Shown: piece after piece, positions 15,125 through 27,889 of the stretch
How the letters are laid out: each line of letters starts with the position of its first letter
Numbering within the stretch: position 1 is the first letter of the stretch
Assembly (NCBI GenBank): GCA_951406725.2
Contig: OX597827.1
Span: 24,366,001-24,430,000 of the forward strand
Direction: 5' to 3'
Length of the DNA: 64,000 bases
From: Octopus vulgaris
Lineage: Eukaryota
Position numbers and translations under genes: made by a program
Notes under the pieces: generated by a model
Seen by the model: only the letters and a program-made list of their open reading frames with translations
Databases searched by the model: none
Told to the model about the DNA's origin: nothing

Positions 15125-15700
15125 TAAGTTACTGGAAGGGTAGAAAGAGGGGATGTTTCCCACTGCAGTACTTAACCTGAGCTTTAGGCTATCTACACTC
15201 TTAAATTGTAGATAGCTGGATAGGAATTCCATTGTCAAAGAGAACTGGAACTGCTACCTTCTAAAATTCTCTGCTAAGGATTTATCTCAATTATTCCCTC
15301 TCTGAAGATGGAATAGTCCGCTTATAGATAAGTTACCTGTGTCTGCTGAGAAATGTATGATGTGTTCCTATTCTCGAAACAGCTGTAAGAAACTATCTGT
15401 ACTCCTTCATTTTTAGCTCGTTTTTATCCGTTTTAATATTATTCGGGACAGTGGGATTGTCTTGGCTTGATATTAATTGGTGCCGTGTGTCCTGTGTGCA
15501 TCACTAAGACGAGGCATAAGTGGGACCACCCACTATAAATAAAGGGAATTTGTGACTAAAAGTCCATTACAGAATAGCCGAATGCCTCGTCATCTATTAT
15601 ATTCTAACGATTCTGTTGTAACAACTCTACCACCATCTTTAGATGTATATAAATTCCCTGCTCTAAACTGATACCCATTTGGTTGCCCGTTCATTCTTTC
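15125..15700 (+). mobile_element. Penelope-like element remnant
   Basis: Begins in (TA)n and carries a minimal hammerhead; no intact ORF. Confidence 0.4.
15296..15392 (+). ncRNA. Type I hammerhead motif in Penelope-like remnant
   Basis: tct-CTGAAGA-tggaatag...ctattctc-GAAA-cagctg-TA-aga. Palindromic stem III ACAGCTGT, GUA site; stem II closing pair imperfect. Confidence 0.6.
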
Positions 15701-15711
15701 TTTCTACTGTA

Positions 15712-16531
15712 CAGGGGTTGGACAAAATAATGGAAACACCTAGCATTATAGCATCATAATTTTGAAATATCTATAAAACCATCAAAAGCTTGTTTATTTT
15801 TATGTTTTTTGATTTATTATTAGTGTTGCTTAATATGTTTTGCTAAAATTGCTGTTTCTTTTCAGATATCACTAGAAAAAGGTAATTAAAATTCATTAAA
15901 ATGAAAGATCTATTGGACTTTCAAAGCGGTCAAGTTGTTGATGCTTATTTCTGACCACTGGCTGAGTATACATGTGGAGACAGCCAAAAGAAGCCTTTGA
16001 CCCAGACTGCCTTCTTCCAGCTGTTAAACATGGAGGAGGATCTGTGATGATCGGGAGCCAATGGTTTCCCTCATGGCAAGAGTAATAGTCAAATCTATTT
16101 AAGCATTTTATCTAATCAAATTAATCCTATGTTTGCAGAACTGTTTCTGGAGTGAAATGCAATTTTTCAGGATGATAATGCACTAATTCACACAGCTAAA
16201 GTTGCTACTGAATGGCACGAGGAACATTCTAGTGAAGTTGAACATCATATCTGGCCACCACAGTCCCCAGATCTCAATATTATCGAACATTTATGGTGCA
16301 TTTTAGAAAAACAAGTAAGAAGTCGATATCCTCCACCATCATCACTACAAGAACTGGAGACTGTTTTAGCTGAAGAATGGACAAAAATTCCTTTGGAAAC
16401 AATTCAAACTTTGTATGAGTCCATACCTTGTAGAATTCAAGCTGTAATTATTGCCAAAGGTGGTCCTACCCCATATTAAAATGAATTTGTTTGAAATTTT
16501 AAGGTGTTTCCATTATTTTGTCCAACCCCTG
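15712..16531 (+). mobile_element. Internally deleted Tc1-superfamily transposon with DD36E spacing
   Basis: Perfect 30-bp TIRs CAGGGGTTGGACAAAATAATGGAAACACCT, TA TSD. Remnants VKHGGGSVMI and FQDDNALIHT...WPPQSPDLNIIEHLW...KGGPTPY*. Confidence 0.92.
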
Positions 16532-16578
16532 TATATACATGTATACATATGTATACACATATATACATACATATGTAT

Positions 16579-17780
16579 CAGGCTGAGTAAAAAGTAAGCA
16601 ACGTTTTGAAGCATGAAATTCATCACAATGCGGAAATTTTATTCATCAAAGTAATTACCATTACAATCAACACATTTTGCCAATGAGATACAAGTTTCGT
16701 TATTCCAGTAACGTAAAATCTGGAGTTCTGGAGCTGGTGAACTCTTTGAACACACTTTCAGCATCAGTTTGATTTTTGAATTCCTTCTCTCGCAGGAACC
16801 ATAAAGGTGCTTGAAAAAGTGGTAGTCAATAAAAGAAATGTCTGGGGAATAAGCTGGGTGAGGAAGAACTTCGTACCCTAGTTCCCTCTACTTCTGGAGC
16901 GTCAGTAGTGAAACATGTAGCTGAGCATTGTCATGAAGAATGACCAGCCTGCTTCTGTTGACCAGTCTGGGACAGAGTAGCAGTTTTTCGTTTTGGCAAT
17001 TTCATGACAATATGTTTCTGCAGTAATGGTTTTTTTTTTCCGTCTTTTAAGAAGTTATAGTGGATGAGTCCAGCAGTACACCACCAAACAGTCACCATAA
17101 CCTTCTTTTAGAAAAGCTTGAGTTTAGGGAAGGTTTTTCGGTGCTTCCTTTCGGTCCGACCACTACGAAGAACGTTTTTTATTATTGTACAGAATTCACT
17201 TTTCATTGCAAGTTACAATATGGTTGAGAAACGGATCGGTCGTTGAGAAACGGATCGGTCCGGTTGCAGAGAAGAAGTGACCAGCAAATTTCATATCTGC
17301 GCATTTTCTGATTTTCATTCAAATCGTGTGGTACCCATTTGTTGAGCTTTTTTTTTTTATTTTCCGATCGCATGCAAATGGTTACAGACAGTTTTCTGGC
17401 TAACTTCAAATTCTTTTGCCAGTTCTCGAGTGGTTTTACATGGACCTTTCTCAATGACAGTCTTTAATTGACTGTCATCGATGACAGATTGGTGTCCACT
17501 ACCCTCATGATCTTCAGAGGCTTAGGACTCCACTGTGAAATCGTTAAAATCATTTTCGAGCTGACTATTCACTGCTCAATTCCTCACCAAACGTTTCGTT
17601 TATATCATAAGAAGTTTCAGCTGCTTTACGTCTTTTTTTTTGAAATTGAAAAGTGCTCGAATATCGCACTGTGACACTTACATTTCAGATGATTGTAACA
17701 ACGGCGAAAAATATCAATGTTAATTTATTGATGCATTTGGGCAAGTCTATGTCTGTATTATTTCAATAGAAATCTATAAT
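16579..17780 (-). mobile_element. Degenerate mariner transposon
   Basis: Transposase remnant KKLNKWVPHDLNENQKMRRYEIC..LL (mariner WVPHEL motif), frameshifted; one TA-flanked terminus at 16579. Confidence 0.8.
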
Positions 17781-17805
17781 GGCCCCCACTAGTGGGGTTG
17801 GGCTA

Positions 17806-18182
17806 TCTATTTATATAAAGCTGAAGTTGTCTGTGTATGGCAGGTTTGGTAGCCTTCAACTAACACTATCTCCTCCGAGACCCTGCGGCACAAGTTGACC
17901 AAAATTGAGAGTATGATAGAAGAAGGCTTGCTCTTCATTCCGTTGAAGAAAAAATTCAAATCAGACCATGTTAACATTAAAAATTATTTACATAAAAAAG
18001 GTGCTTTTTTTCTATGAAAATCCCTATTTTTTACGATTTTTTGACTGCTTTGTTTTTTTTCAACCAGAAAAATGTTCACTTAAAGAGAATAACAAGCTAC
18101 ATAATGCAAAATTTTTACTTTTCAAAAATTCCAGTTCTAAAGGGTCGAAACAAACCAGAGCTACGCCGGGCGATACTGCTAG
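17806..18182 (+). mobile_element. Non-autonomous Helitron, second copy
   Basis: Collinear with 4900-5288; A|TC...CTAG|T. Confidence 0.85.
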
Positions 18183-18936
18183 TTATTTGATAAAATGAGA
18201 AGGGTGCAAGAGTGTTAGTATGAAGAAATTGTGATGGCATAGTGAGTGTGGCTGATATGAGGGCAGGGGAGAAAAGCATTGTGTAAGTGATAAATATGGT
18301 GTGGTAGTGTGATGATAATGTTAATACAGCTGTCATCCAGGGATACACACACGATGCTCATATCACCTGAAGAAACAATGGGATCTCATTAGCAAACAGT
18401 TGCATAACCAAATACCTGTACTTTTGGAGGACCATGTTGGGTGGAAACAATTGTAGTGATTAAAAAATAACTGTCCAACTGTACTCTTTCTTGTTGATTC
18501 CAATTTTTTTCAAAATTTATATATTCACATATGACAAATACCTAAACATAAATATGGAAGTATGTAATAATGCCACCGGATAGCATTGGGTAGTTATGAG
18601 TGTGGACAAGCTTTGCACTATACTCTCCCATGTTCCTAGTAGAATAGACCAAATATAGTTATATATTTGTGTGTGTTTGTGTTTAAAAAGATAAAAGGAA
18701 AATAGAGAGTTCAAACTGACATATGTTAATTTATTAACGTAATATCAATAATCCTTACAATTGTTTCAATTCAAACGCAAAACCAATAACAAGTTTATAA
18801 AAATTCCTATTTTGGAAATATTTTGAGTAAAAATCTCATCGGGATAAATCAGGACAAAAAAAAATTGCATATTACAAGTTTGAGATCCTTAAACAGACTG
18901 AATTGAATTATTGTAGAAATTTTTTTTCTACTAAGT

Positions 18937-19095
18937 GCAGGTGTGGCTGTGTGGTAAGTAGCTTGCTTGCCAACCACATTGTTCTGGGTTCACTTCCACT
19001 GCATGGCACCTTGGGCAAGTGTCTTCTACTATAGCCTCGGGCTGACCAAAGTCTTGTGAGTGGATTTGGTAGATGGAAACTAAAAGTAACCTGTC

Positions 19096-19156
<61 letters not shown>

Positions 19157-19375
19157 TATATATTTGTGTGTCTGTGTTTGTTCCCCCACCATCACTTGAC
19201 AACTGAAGTTGGTGTGTTTACCTCCCTGTAACTTAGCAGTTTGGCAAAAAGGGACCGATAGAACAAGTGCTAGGCTTACAAAGATATGTCCTGGGGTCGA
19301 TTTCTTTGACTAAAAGGCGGTGCTCCAGCATGGCCACAGTCAAATGATTGAAACAAATAATAGAATAAAAGAATA
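18937..19375 (+). mobile_element. SINE family A
   Basis: Full-length match. Confidence 0.9.
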
Positions 19376-19632
19376 TTGGATATTGAGCAAGTTAAACCAG
19401 TGAAACTTGGATGTTTTCATCCCTACGAGAGGAGCTACATACATATAACCCTTGTATTGGGTTATATGTATGTATATGATATATATGTATATGATATATA
19501 TATGTATGTATATGATGTATATGTATATGATATATATATGTATATGATATATATGTATATGATATATATATGCATGTATATGATATATATATGTACGTAT
19601 ATGATATGTATGCATATGATATATATGTATAT

Positions 19633-19780
19633 AGGTGTAGGAGTGGCTGTGTGGTAAGTAGCTTGCTTACGAACCACATGGTTCCGGTTTCAGTCCCACT
19701 GTGTGGCACCTTGGGCAAGTGTCATCTACAAAGCCTTGTTAGTGGATTTGGTAGACGGAAACAGAAAGAAGCCCGTCATA

Positions 19781-19818
<38 letters not shown>

Positions 19819-20019
19819 CCGTATTTGACGGCATATAGGACGCACTTTTTTCAAAAAAATTTGGCTCAAAAATCGCCCTGCGTCTAATATGCGAAGTCAA
19901 GACCCTCCCGTAGGCTAATCTTCTCCCATACGCTCACTAACCTAGCTTACGATAAGTATTTCTACCTACGCTAACGCCTTAATGATATTTTCCATACTCA
20001 TGCATCATTATTTTATTGC

Positions 20020-20060
<41 letters not shown>

Positions 20061-20580
20061 GTATTATTACTTTAAAATACGAATTATCGTAAAAATCAAA
20101 GCAATCTACCGTAAATTGTTAGGCTGCGATCCATGACACACGTTTACTAATATCAGCTGATCGGAACCCTAACTTGATGCCATCTGACGGTGAGGAGTAA
20201 AACTACATGATCATTGCGAGTTCGTGTATATACGGAGGTAGGTCGGATATCTTGGTACAACAAAGTTTATGATCATAACAAAACACACTACAACAATACA
20301 AGCACCCTCACGGCTATGGCAACACCCTCATGGCTATTGTAATTTGTATGCTTGCTTTTATACAGCAATGTTTTCTGCTTTTGTAATGTGCTGCTAGACT
20401 GCTTTCAACAATATATGCTTAAATACACTTAAAACTTTTTTCCTGAATTTGACCGATAGACTAAGTACTAGGCTTACAAAGAATAAGTCCTGGGGTCGAT
20501 TTGCTCGACTAAAGGTGGTGCCCCAGCATGGCCACAGTTAAATGACTGAAACAAGTAAAAGAGTAAAGAGTAAAAGAGTA
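19633..20580 (+). mobile_element. SINE family A split by DNA element
   Basis: 5' half at 19633-19818, 3' part at 20451-20580. Confidence 0.8.
19819..20450 (+). mobile_element. Truncated pogo/Tc2-like DNA element nested in a SINE microsatellite
   Basis: TA-CCGTATTTGACGGCATATAGGACGCAC terminus; the host SINE resumes at 20451; second TIR missing. Confidence 0.6.
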
Positions 20581-20647
20581 TATATGTATGTGTATGATAT
20601 ATGTATTGGGTTATATATATATGTATGTATATGGTATAAAGAATTAC

Positions 20648-20714
20648 CTCTTTCTTCATCTCACTCAGCTGAAATAACATTTTGCCATCAAACTGAGAAA
20701 AAGCTTCACTGTAT
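20648..20714 (-). CDS. Exon D of TIR-SAM gene (SAM-like)
   Basis: Acceptor ctaattttgttaattgcag, donor GAG|gtaatt, 67 nt, phase 2 to 0. Encodes (E)YSEAFSQFDGKMLFQLSEMKKE, matching the SAM Y-x-x-x-F...D-G-x-x-L-x-x-L pattern. Confidence 0.88.
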
Positions 20715-20794
20715 CTGCAATTAACAAAATTAGAATAATGGTAAGAAACCTAGCAAACTCTTTGACTGTATCTGACAATGGATAGAAACTAGAG

Positions 20795-21049
20795 CAGTGG
20801 TTTTCAATCAGGGTCCACGTGACCCTTAGTGGGAGTCCATTTTGGTGTTAAAATTTATCTGCACTAATTTGGTTATGCTCCTAAAATACATAAAATATCT
20901 TAGCAATTTTTTTAAACAACTTTTTATGATATCTAATTATAAAAATATAATGGGATTTTTTTTAACGGCATCAAATTGCTATGAGGGTCCACCAGATGAA
21001 AATAGGTATCAAAAGGGTCCAGTGGTACAAATATAATTAAGAACCACTG
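20795..21049. mobile_element. hAT (Charlie-like) MITE
   Basis: TIRs CAGTGGTTTTCAA / TTAAGAACCACTG; 8-bp TSD aactagag / atctagag (7 of 8 match). Confidence 0.8.
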
Positions 21050-21144
21050 ATCTAGAGGTTTAGGATCTTTTATTCTCTCTTGGACATCTTAGGAATGTAT
21101 AGCATGCCCATTTTTAGTTTTTGGGTGATGTATATTGAAGTGAT

Positions 21145-23265
21145 TGATCACAAAGATTGAAGATTTTGGCCAAGATGCTTGCCAAGAGGCTGGCGCTTGG
21201 CATCGAGAAACTGGTTGATAAGGCACAAACATGCAGAAGTATCCATGACAACCTCCATCTGATGTGCTACATCTTAGCTAAGGAACCTGGCATGGGTGGG
21301 GGGTGCTGATCAATTTGGATTGATTGAAAGCTTTCGATAGTTGGAGTTCGATAGTTTGATAGTTTTGATAGTTGGAGTCCATCCTTAGAGTGGCTGCTTT
21401 CTGTCCAGTCTTCTGCGGTTGGATCATTGCTTTATACTGCAGCATCTGCTCAGTAGTTCGGGTAAATGGTCATCTATCCAGACCATTTAACATCATGCGT
21501 TCGGTCTGTCAAGGATCCCCCTTGTCACTTCTGTATGTACTGACCCTAGAGCTATTACTGCAGAAGCTGGTGATGCTGAGGGGCATCCTGCAAGAACTGG
21601 GAAGTGGGAGGAGCATGTCTGCATATGCAGACATTGTGTTTGTCATGGTGTTGAACCACAGACATGTTGACCCGGTTGGCAAAACACTAAAAGAATACAA
21701 AGCGGTAACGGGAGCAAAAATTAATCTGGAAAAGTCAGTGGGCTTGCAGCTTGGCACCTGAAGCAGCAATCCCATGCCATCCAACAGCATTTCCATTGTG
21801 GAATACTGGATGGATGGACCAGTTAAATTGCTCAGGGTCTGGTTTGGTCCAGAGCTCCAACTGGAGAAGAACTGGGATGAGATAATGAGTAGGGAGGCCA
21901 ATCTCACCCAGCAATGGGCCGAGAGGAAGCTCTCTCTAAAAGGTTGGGCTGAGGTGGTAAATGCGTACACCACATCTACTAGTCTGACTGTTGTGCCTTG
22001 TCCTGACCCTACCATTACAAAACTTGAACGCATACTCCTCCACTTTTTGTGGAAGGAAAGCATGCTGAAGGTCAGGCGATACATTTGCTGCCAACATCTG
22101 CCAAATGGAGGGCTGGGCATGCTGTGGCTAATGATGTGCAAAGATGTGCTGAGACTCCATCTCCAGCATTTCATAGACAATGGTGAATAGGTATGGTCAC
22201 CGTTTGTGAGATGCGCTTCCCCACAGCTTGTCTCTGTGACTGAACTGCAATCATGGATCAAACAGAGACTGAGGCTGGGTGAATGGCACCACAAGTGTCA
22301 CCATGCTCTTGAGCAACTCTGCCATCCATGTGACTTCAATTCCATGAAAGCATTCTATAGAGGATAAGTGGAGGGGAGGTGTGACAATGTTCTTGGGGAG
22401 ACCCTTGGTATTGATGAGGAATACCTAGCCTGCCTCTTCAGGAGCTATGGACAAATTTCCAGAGATCTCTGGTCTAGCAGTGCCATCGGGAAGCATTGTC
22501 CATTCAGGATAAGCTCTGCAGACACAGTTTAAGAAACACTGGACCAACTTTCCCAAGATGCAGTCAGAGCGATGAAACCATTCTGAATGCACTCGTGCAA
22601 TGTCCAAACATTTCAGACCTGTGGGTTTATGTCGGATGGCTGCTGTCACATGAGGGGACGAATTCAGTTGTCGGCCAAGTCTATTGTGAATATTGCCTGC
22701 CACCTTCCTTTAACTAGGAAGATAAGGCAGCTTTCATTGAACTGGTGGCTACGGTGAAAGAATGTCATGTGGTGGACTCGTGCGAAAGGTTTAGAGACAA
22801 ACACTTTCCTCTCTGGCCAACCGTTCATCAACTTTTTTAAGTATTACTTGGAGAGGAAGGTAAGAATAGAGAAGGAAGTTTTGTCTAATGAAAAGTTCAA
22901 CAAAAGGTGGGTGAATGTGGCAAAGATGGTATGAATAAATGATGGAACCACTCTGAGCATGATCCTATAAAACAAAGAGAGAAAGGGCGCTTTGCTCTCA
23001 TGTTAATGTTATTTTGTTCATTTCCGAGGTTACCGTGGTTCTTATTGGTAGGTTTTCTTTCCATGGATAAACCTAGTTAAATGTTACATTTCCTCCCCCT
23101 TTTGGGAATTCTAATTGTTAACAATGACTTTTCTGTTATTTCCCTGTTTACACATCCAAAAAAGAAAAAAAAATTTCTTCCCCTTTTGTTTGATTTCGAA
23201 AAAGAAAAGTTCTACATTGTATTGTCCCCTCTGTATTCAGCCCTGAGTGGCTAATAAAGAAATCT
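21145..23265 (+). mobile_element. 5'-truncated degenerate L1/Tx1-clade LINE
   Basis: RT remnants KILAKMLAKRL, SVCQGSPLS.LYVL.LE, SAYAD, GAKINLEKS and GGLGM with stops and frameshifts; AATAAA near 23253. Confidence 0.85.
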
Positions 23266-24291
23266 GTCTTCAAAAGAATTCTCACAATTGAACTGCTGTG
23301 AATTGTATGGAAGAAAAGAAAAAAAACAAAACAATTACTATGGTTAGTTCTTGCATCTGCAAACTTAGAACAAGGTGATTGAAAAGCAGACTTGTTAAAC
23401 ACATGTATGTGCTTTGTTTGTGTGTGTGTGTGTATGTGATATAACAAGCATTATTAAGCAAACTTCCTCATTGAAAAGTTGCACAACCACAGCTGTCTCA
23501 CGTTGAGGTTGCATTGACCATATTTTTTTTACCACATAATAAAAAATGCTCTCTCTCTTTCTCTCTTGCTCTTCCCCTATTTCTACCCCTCTCTATATAT
23601 TCTCTGTGTGTTTGTATCTACTATTTCAAAAGCACTGTTTCTGTTCAGTTAATTTAAAATCTGTTCAGACATTAGTGACAAATTTATTCAAAGAAAGTCT
23701 CTGTGTGTGTGTGTATGTGTGTGTTTCATCTGACATAGATGACCTTTGGCATGGAGATGTTCATTTCAATGACCAGGTGTGATTGACTGATGGACACCTT
23801 TAGTCATCTGTTACGTATCTTCCTTTATGATACATGGTATCCAGACTATTCCAAAATACTCAATCATTGTCTCTAAGGATGCTGGCACCACACAAAAAGT
23901 GCCTGGCATGCTCTGTAAAGTGGTTGGCATTAGGAAGGGCATCCAGCTGTAGAAACCAAGGCAAAACTGGTGACTGGAGCCTGGTGTAGCTTTTTGGCTT
24001 GCCTGCTCCAGTGAAACTGTCCGACCCATGCCAGTATGGAAAATAGATGTTAAATGATGATGATTGTATAAAACCTTTTACGTGACATTTCTAAAAGCTA
24101 TGAAGTACATTTTGAATTAAAATTTTAGACAGAACCTTGCATTGGAGAAAAAAATGTCGGGAAAGGTGTATGTTGGACGATCTTGCATAAAACTGAATAA
24201 TTTATGAAAGGTTTTGGAAGACAACAATCAAAGAGAAAAGATAATGATTGCTGAAGGTCACAAAATAATGAAACCTATAATGAGCCAGATC

Positions 24292-24385
24292 AGCATTAGC
24301 CCATCATTAGCCCCTCATTAGCCTATCACCATTAGCCTATTATCATTAGCCTATCACCATTAGCCTATCATCATTAGCCTATCAT
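24292..24385. repeat. Short tandem repeat
   Basis: cattagcc(tatca/c), about 7 copies. Confidence 0.8.
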
Positions 24386-24825
24386 TTCTCATTGCTAAAA
24401 CCTCTGCCCCCACTGCTTGTATCAGTGTTTTTGTTTATAGATTTTGAAGTCACATGGCTTAGTGGTAAGGTTGTTTGGCTCTCACTCATAAGCTTGTGAG
24501 TTCAATTCTTGGTGACATATTGGGTCCTTGAGTAAGACATTTTATTTCACATTGCTCCAATCCATTCAGCTGGCAAAAACGAGTTGTCTCTATAATTCAA
24601 AGGGTCAACCTTGTCACATTCTGTGTAATGCTAAATCTCTCTAAGAACTATGTTAAAAATCCGTGTGTCTGTGGAGTGCTCAGCCGCTTGTATGTAAATT
24701 TCCTGAGTAGATTGTTCCATTGATTGGATCAATTGAAACCTTCATCATCATAACCGATGGAGTGCCAGTTAAGAAAGTGATTCTACAAAAGGGTAACATT
24801 AACAAAACTGTAAAAACATCATTAC

Positions 24826-25012
24826 TCAGCCAATTTATGATAATGAAGCCAGGATGCAATTTCGTCATTTGTCATTTCCGCTATTGGAGACAAAGCACCA
24901 ATGTCATTGACAAGATGATCGATGGAGATTTTCTTAGAAGGTGATTGCTGTTCATTTCCTGAATTCTCTGTTGAAGTTCCAGCTTTGTTAGTTTGGTCCT
25001 CAGGACCATCAA
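24826..25012 (-). CDS. Exon C of TIR-SAM gene (linker and start of SAM-like domain)
   Basis: Acceptor cctctttttattcttcag, donor GA|gtaatg, 187 nt, phase 1 to 2. Encodes (V)DGPEDQTNKAGTSTENSGNEQQSPSKKISIDHLVNDIGALSPIAEMTNDEIASWLHYHKLA; MTNDEIASWL resembles the SAM start W-T-x-x-D-V-x-x-W-L. Confidence 0.85.
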
Positions 25013-25116
25013 CTGAAGAATAAAAAGAGGATTACTTTAATACATAGATTAAGGAAAATGTGGATGTTTGTTTCTTGCAAAAGTCTGCAGTTCATAAAAG
25101 ACACTTTAGTGGTCTT

Positions 25117-25405
25117 CTATTGTGTCTGGGGAGAGTCATTTTCTTTTCGTGCTTTATAATATAACACACTCACCGGTAAAATTTCCACTTTTTTCTTATT
25201 TTTATTTTCCTAAAATTTTCGTTGCGTCTTGCAAATTTTTCAATAGTTTTGACTATTAAAAATAAGAAAAAAGTGGAAATTTTACTGGTGAGTGCATTAT
25301 ATTATAAGGCACAAAAAGAAAATGACTCTCCCCAGACACAACAGAATATGCTTCAACACATGAACTCATATAAAGAATCTTGCAAACCAAATTCCCAAAC
25401 GAAAT
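25117..25405. mobile_element. Foldback insertion with ~83-bp arms and 14-bp flanking direct repeat
   Basis: 25121-25203 is the reverse complement of 25257-25340; actttagtggtctt at 25103-25116 and 25406-25419. Confidence 0.75.
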
Positions 25406-25544
25406 ACTTTAGTGGTCTTTTGTTGTAAATTCTTCATTGGTTCTACACAATGGTAGGTTGGTCAGTGACGTGGGAAGACAGAAAAGACGAAACTAATAAT
25501 TTATTTTAGTTTTTATATATTTTCAAAAATTTTTATTAATATAG

Positions 25545-25635
25545 GCCTGGCACATTGGGCAAGTGTCTTCTACTATAGCCCCAGGCTGACCAAAACCTTG
25601 TGAGTGGATTTGGTAGATGGAAACTGAAAAAAGCC

Positions 25636-25690
<55 letters not shown>

Positions 25691-26320
25691 TATATATATG
25701 TGTATATATATATATATGTGTGTGTGTTTGTATGTCTGTGTTTGTCTCCTCACCATCACTTGACAATCGATGTTGGTGTGTTTACATCCCCATGACTTAG
25801 TGGTTCAGCAAAAGACACCGATAGAAGTACCATGCTTACAAAGAATAAGTTCTGGGGTCAATTTGTTTGACTAAAGGCGATGCTCCAGTATAGCCACAGT
25901 CAAATGACTGAAATGAGTAAAAGAGTAGGCATGAGCATAGCTGTGTGGTAAGAAGCTTGCTTTCCAACCACATTGTTCTGGGTTCAGTCCCACTGCATGT
26001 CACCTTGGGCTAATGTCCTCTGCTATAGCTTCAGGTCGACCATAGACTTGTGAATGAATTTGGTAGATGGAAACTAAAAGAAGCCTGTCATGTGTGTGTG
26101 TGAGAGAGAGTGTGTATGTGTTTGTCCTCCACCACAGCATGATACCTGGTATTGGTGTGTCTACATTCACACAACTTAGCAGTTTGGCAAAAGAGATTGA
26201 TAGAATAAGTGCCAGGCTTAAAAAAAAAAGTCTTGGGGTCGATACATTTCACTAAAAATTCTTCAAGGTGGTACCCCAGCTTGGCCACAGTCTAGAGACT
26301 GAAATAAGTAAAAGAAATAA
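25545..26320 (+). mobile_element. Two tandem SINE family A copies
   Basis: 25545-25925 (5'-truncated) and 25927-26320. Confidence 0.85.
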
Positions 26321-27067
26321 ATGAAAGAGATGAAAGAAATTAATCTGCGTCTTTTATATTTACCTGTGAACAAATATTTATTTCTCGGAAATATTCATCA
26401 GAGAAGGAATGCAATAATAAAATGTCTTCTTGTAGAGATTCTTAAAAATGTCCTTTGTAGTTATTGAAATGGAAGAAATAGCTGAGTTAGAATAGCTGCA
26501 TGTAGACAAACAATGTGTGAGCAATTTGTCTTTACAACCCAAGGCCGATGCCGTTTGTTGGTCACAACACATGTGTTTTTAGGTAAAGAAAAGTTGAAGT
26601 CAAGATATCATCTCATTGAGCAAAACAGCATAGCTGTATGTGGATTGCTGGTTGGTTTGGGTCTGGGGTTGAATTCACCAGTTTTTTATAACTGTAAGGA
26701 AAAATTTCTAGAACTTTCGATCAAGCTTTGTTGTAGAAAAACTCACACATTTCCTTTGAAGTCCACTTCTGTAACAAAAGAGACTGGCTGGTGGCTTGAC
26801 CAATACACTCTGTAAAGTGATTGGTGTTAAGAAGGGCATTCAGCTGTAGAAACCAAGCCAAAACAGACCATGAGAGCCTAGTGCAGCTCTCTGGTTTGTT
26901 AGCTCTGGTCAACCCATCCGACCCATACCAGCATTGAAAATGGACATCAATTGAAGATGATGACAATGATGATAAAAAGCAGTGTATTTCAATAGAAAGA
27001 TGGTAACCAAAATGGACGTATTAAATGGAATAATACTATAATAGATTTTTCTAAAGACATTATAAGT

Positions 27068-27460
27068 AGGCGTAGGAGTGGCTGTGTGGTAAGTAGCTTG
27101 CTTACAAACCACATGGTTCCAGGTTCAGTCCCAGTGCGTGGCACCTTGGGCAAGTGTCTTCTACTATAGCCTCAGGCCGACCAAAGCCTTGTGAGTGGAT
27201 TTGGTAGACGGAAACTGAAAAAAGCCTGTCGTATAGATGTATACATATATGTATATGTGTATACATGTTTGTGTGTCTGTGTTTGTTCCCCAACATGCTG
27301 GTGTGTTTATATCCCAGTAACTTAGTGGTTCGGCAAAAGAGACTGATAGAATAAGTACTAGGCTTACAAAGAATAAGTCCTGGGGTCGATTTGCTCGACT
27401 AAAAAGGCGGTGCTCCAGCATGGCCACAGTCAAATGACTGAAACAAGTAAAAGAGAGAGT
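27068..27460 (+). mobile_element. SINE family A
   Basis: Full-length match, ending 60 nt from the exon B donor. Confidence 0.9.
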
Positions 27461-27519
27461 ATACTGATGCAGCAGATACATTCTAAAGTTTGGGTCAATG
27501 ATGATATTTCTTCACAAAC

Positions 27520-27723
27520 CTTGAGCTTCACCAGGTGAATATTGTCCACGTCCACGAAGTTCTTTTATAAGTCCACCAAAACTCTTCTCAAAAGGGTACT
27601 TCCCGCTAAAATCAAAGAACAATTTTGCTCCAAGCATGGTACCAAGCCAACCATCTGGATTGTATTTTTTTTGCATCATCATTGGAATGTAGTCTTTACG
27701 TAATCGAAATGTGTATTCAGCTT
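27520..27723 (-). CDS. Exon B of TIR-SAM gene (TIR domain, second part)
   Basis: Acceptor ttgtctttaaatcattttag, donor AAG|gtttgt (in-phase alternative donor at 27532), phase 1 to 1. Encodes (E)AEYTFRLRKDYIPMMMQKKYNPDGWLGTMLGAKLFFDFSGKYPFEKSFGGLIKELRGRGQYSPGEAQ, with EAEY and Y-x-P-D-G-W-L-G motifs. Confidence 0.93.
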
Positions 27724-27889
27724 CTAAAATGATTTAAAGACAAAGAAAAGCAATTAAATTCTTTTAAATGTTGCGGAAAAGTAATGAAGTAAAAATCCTT
27801 AATGAGTAAAAATGAGAAAAACCATAACATTTTTCTTCTGGTTTTGTCAAGAAGAAGTTGACGCTGCCTGTGATAATCGCTATCACTTA

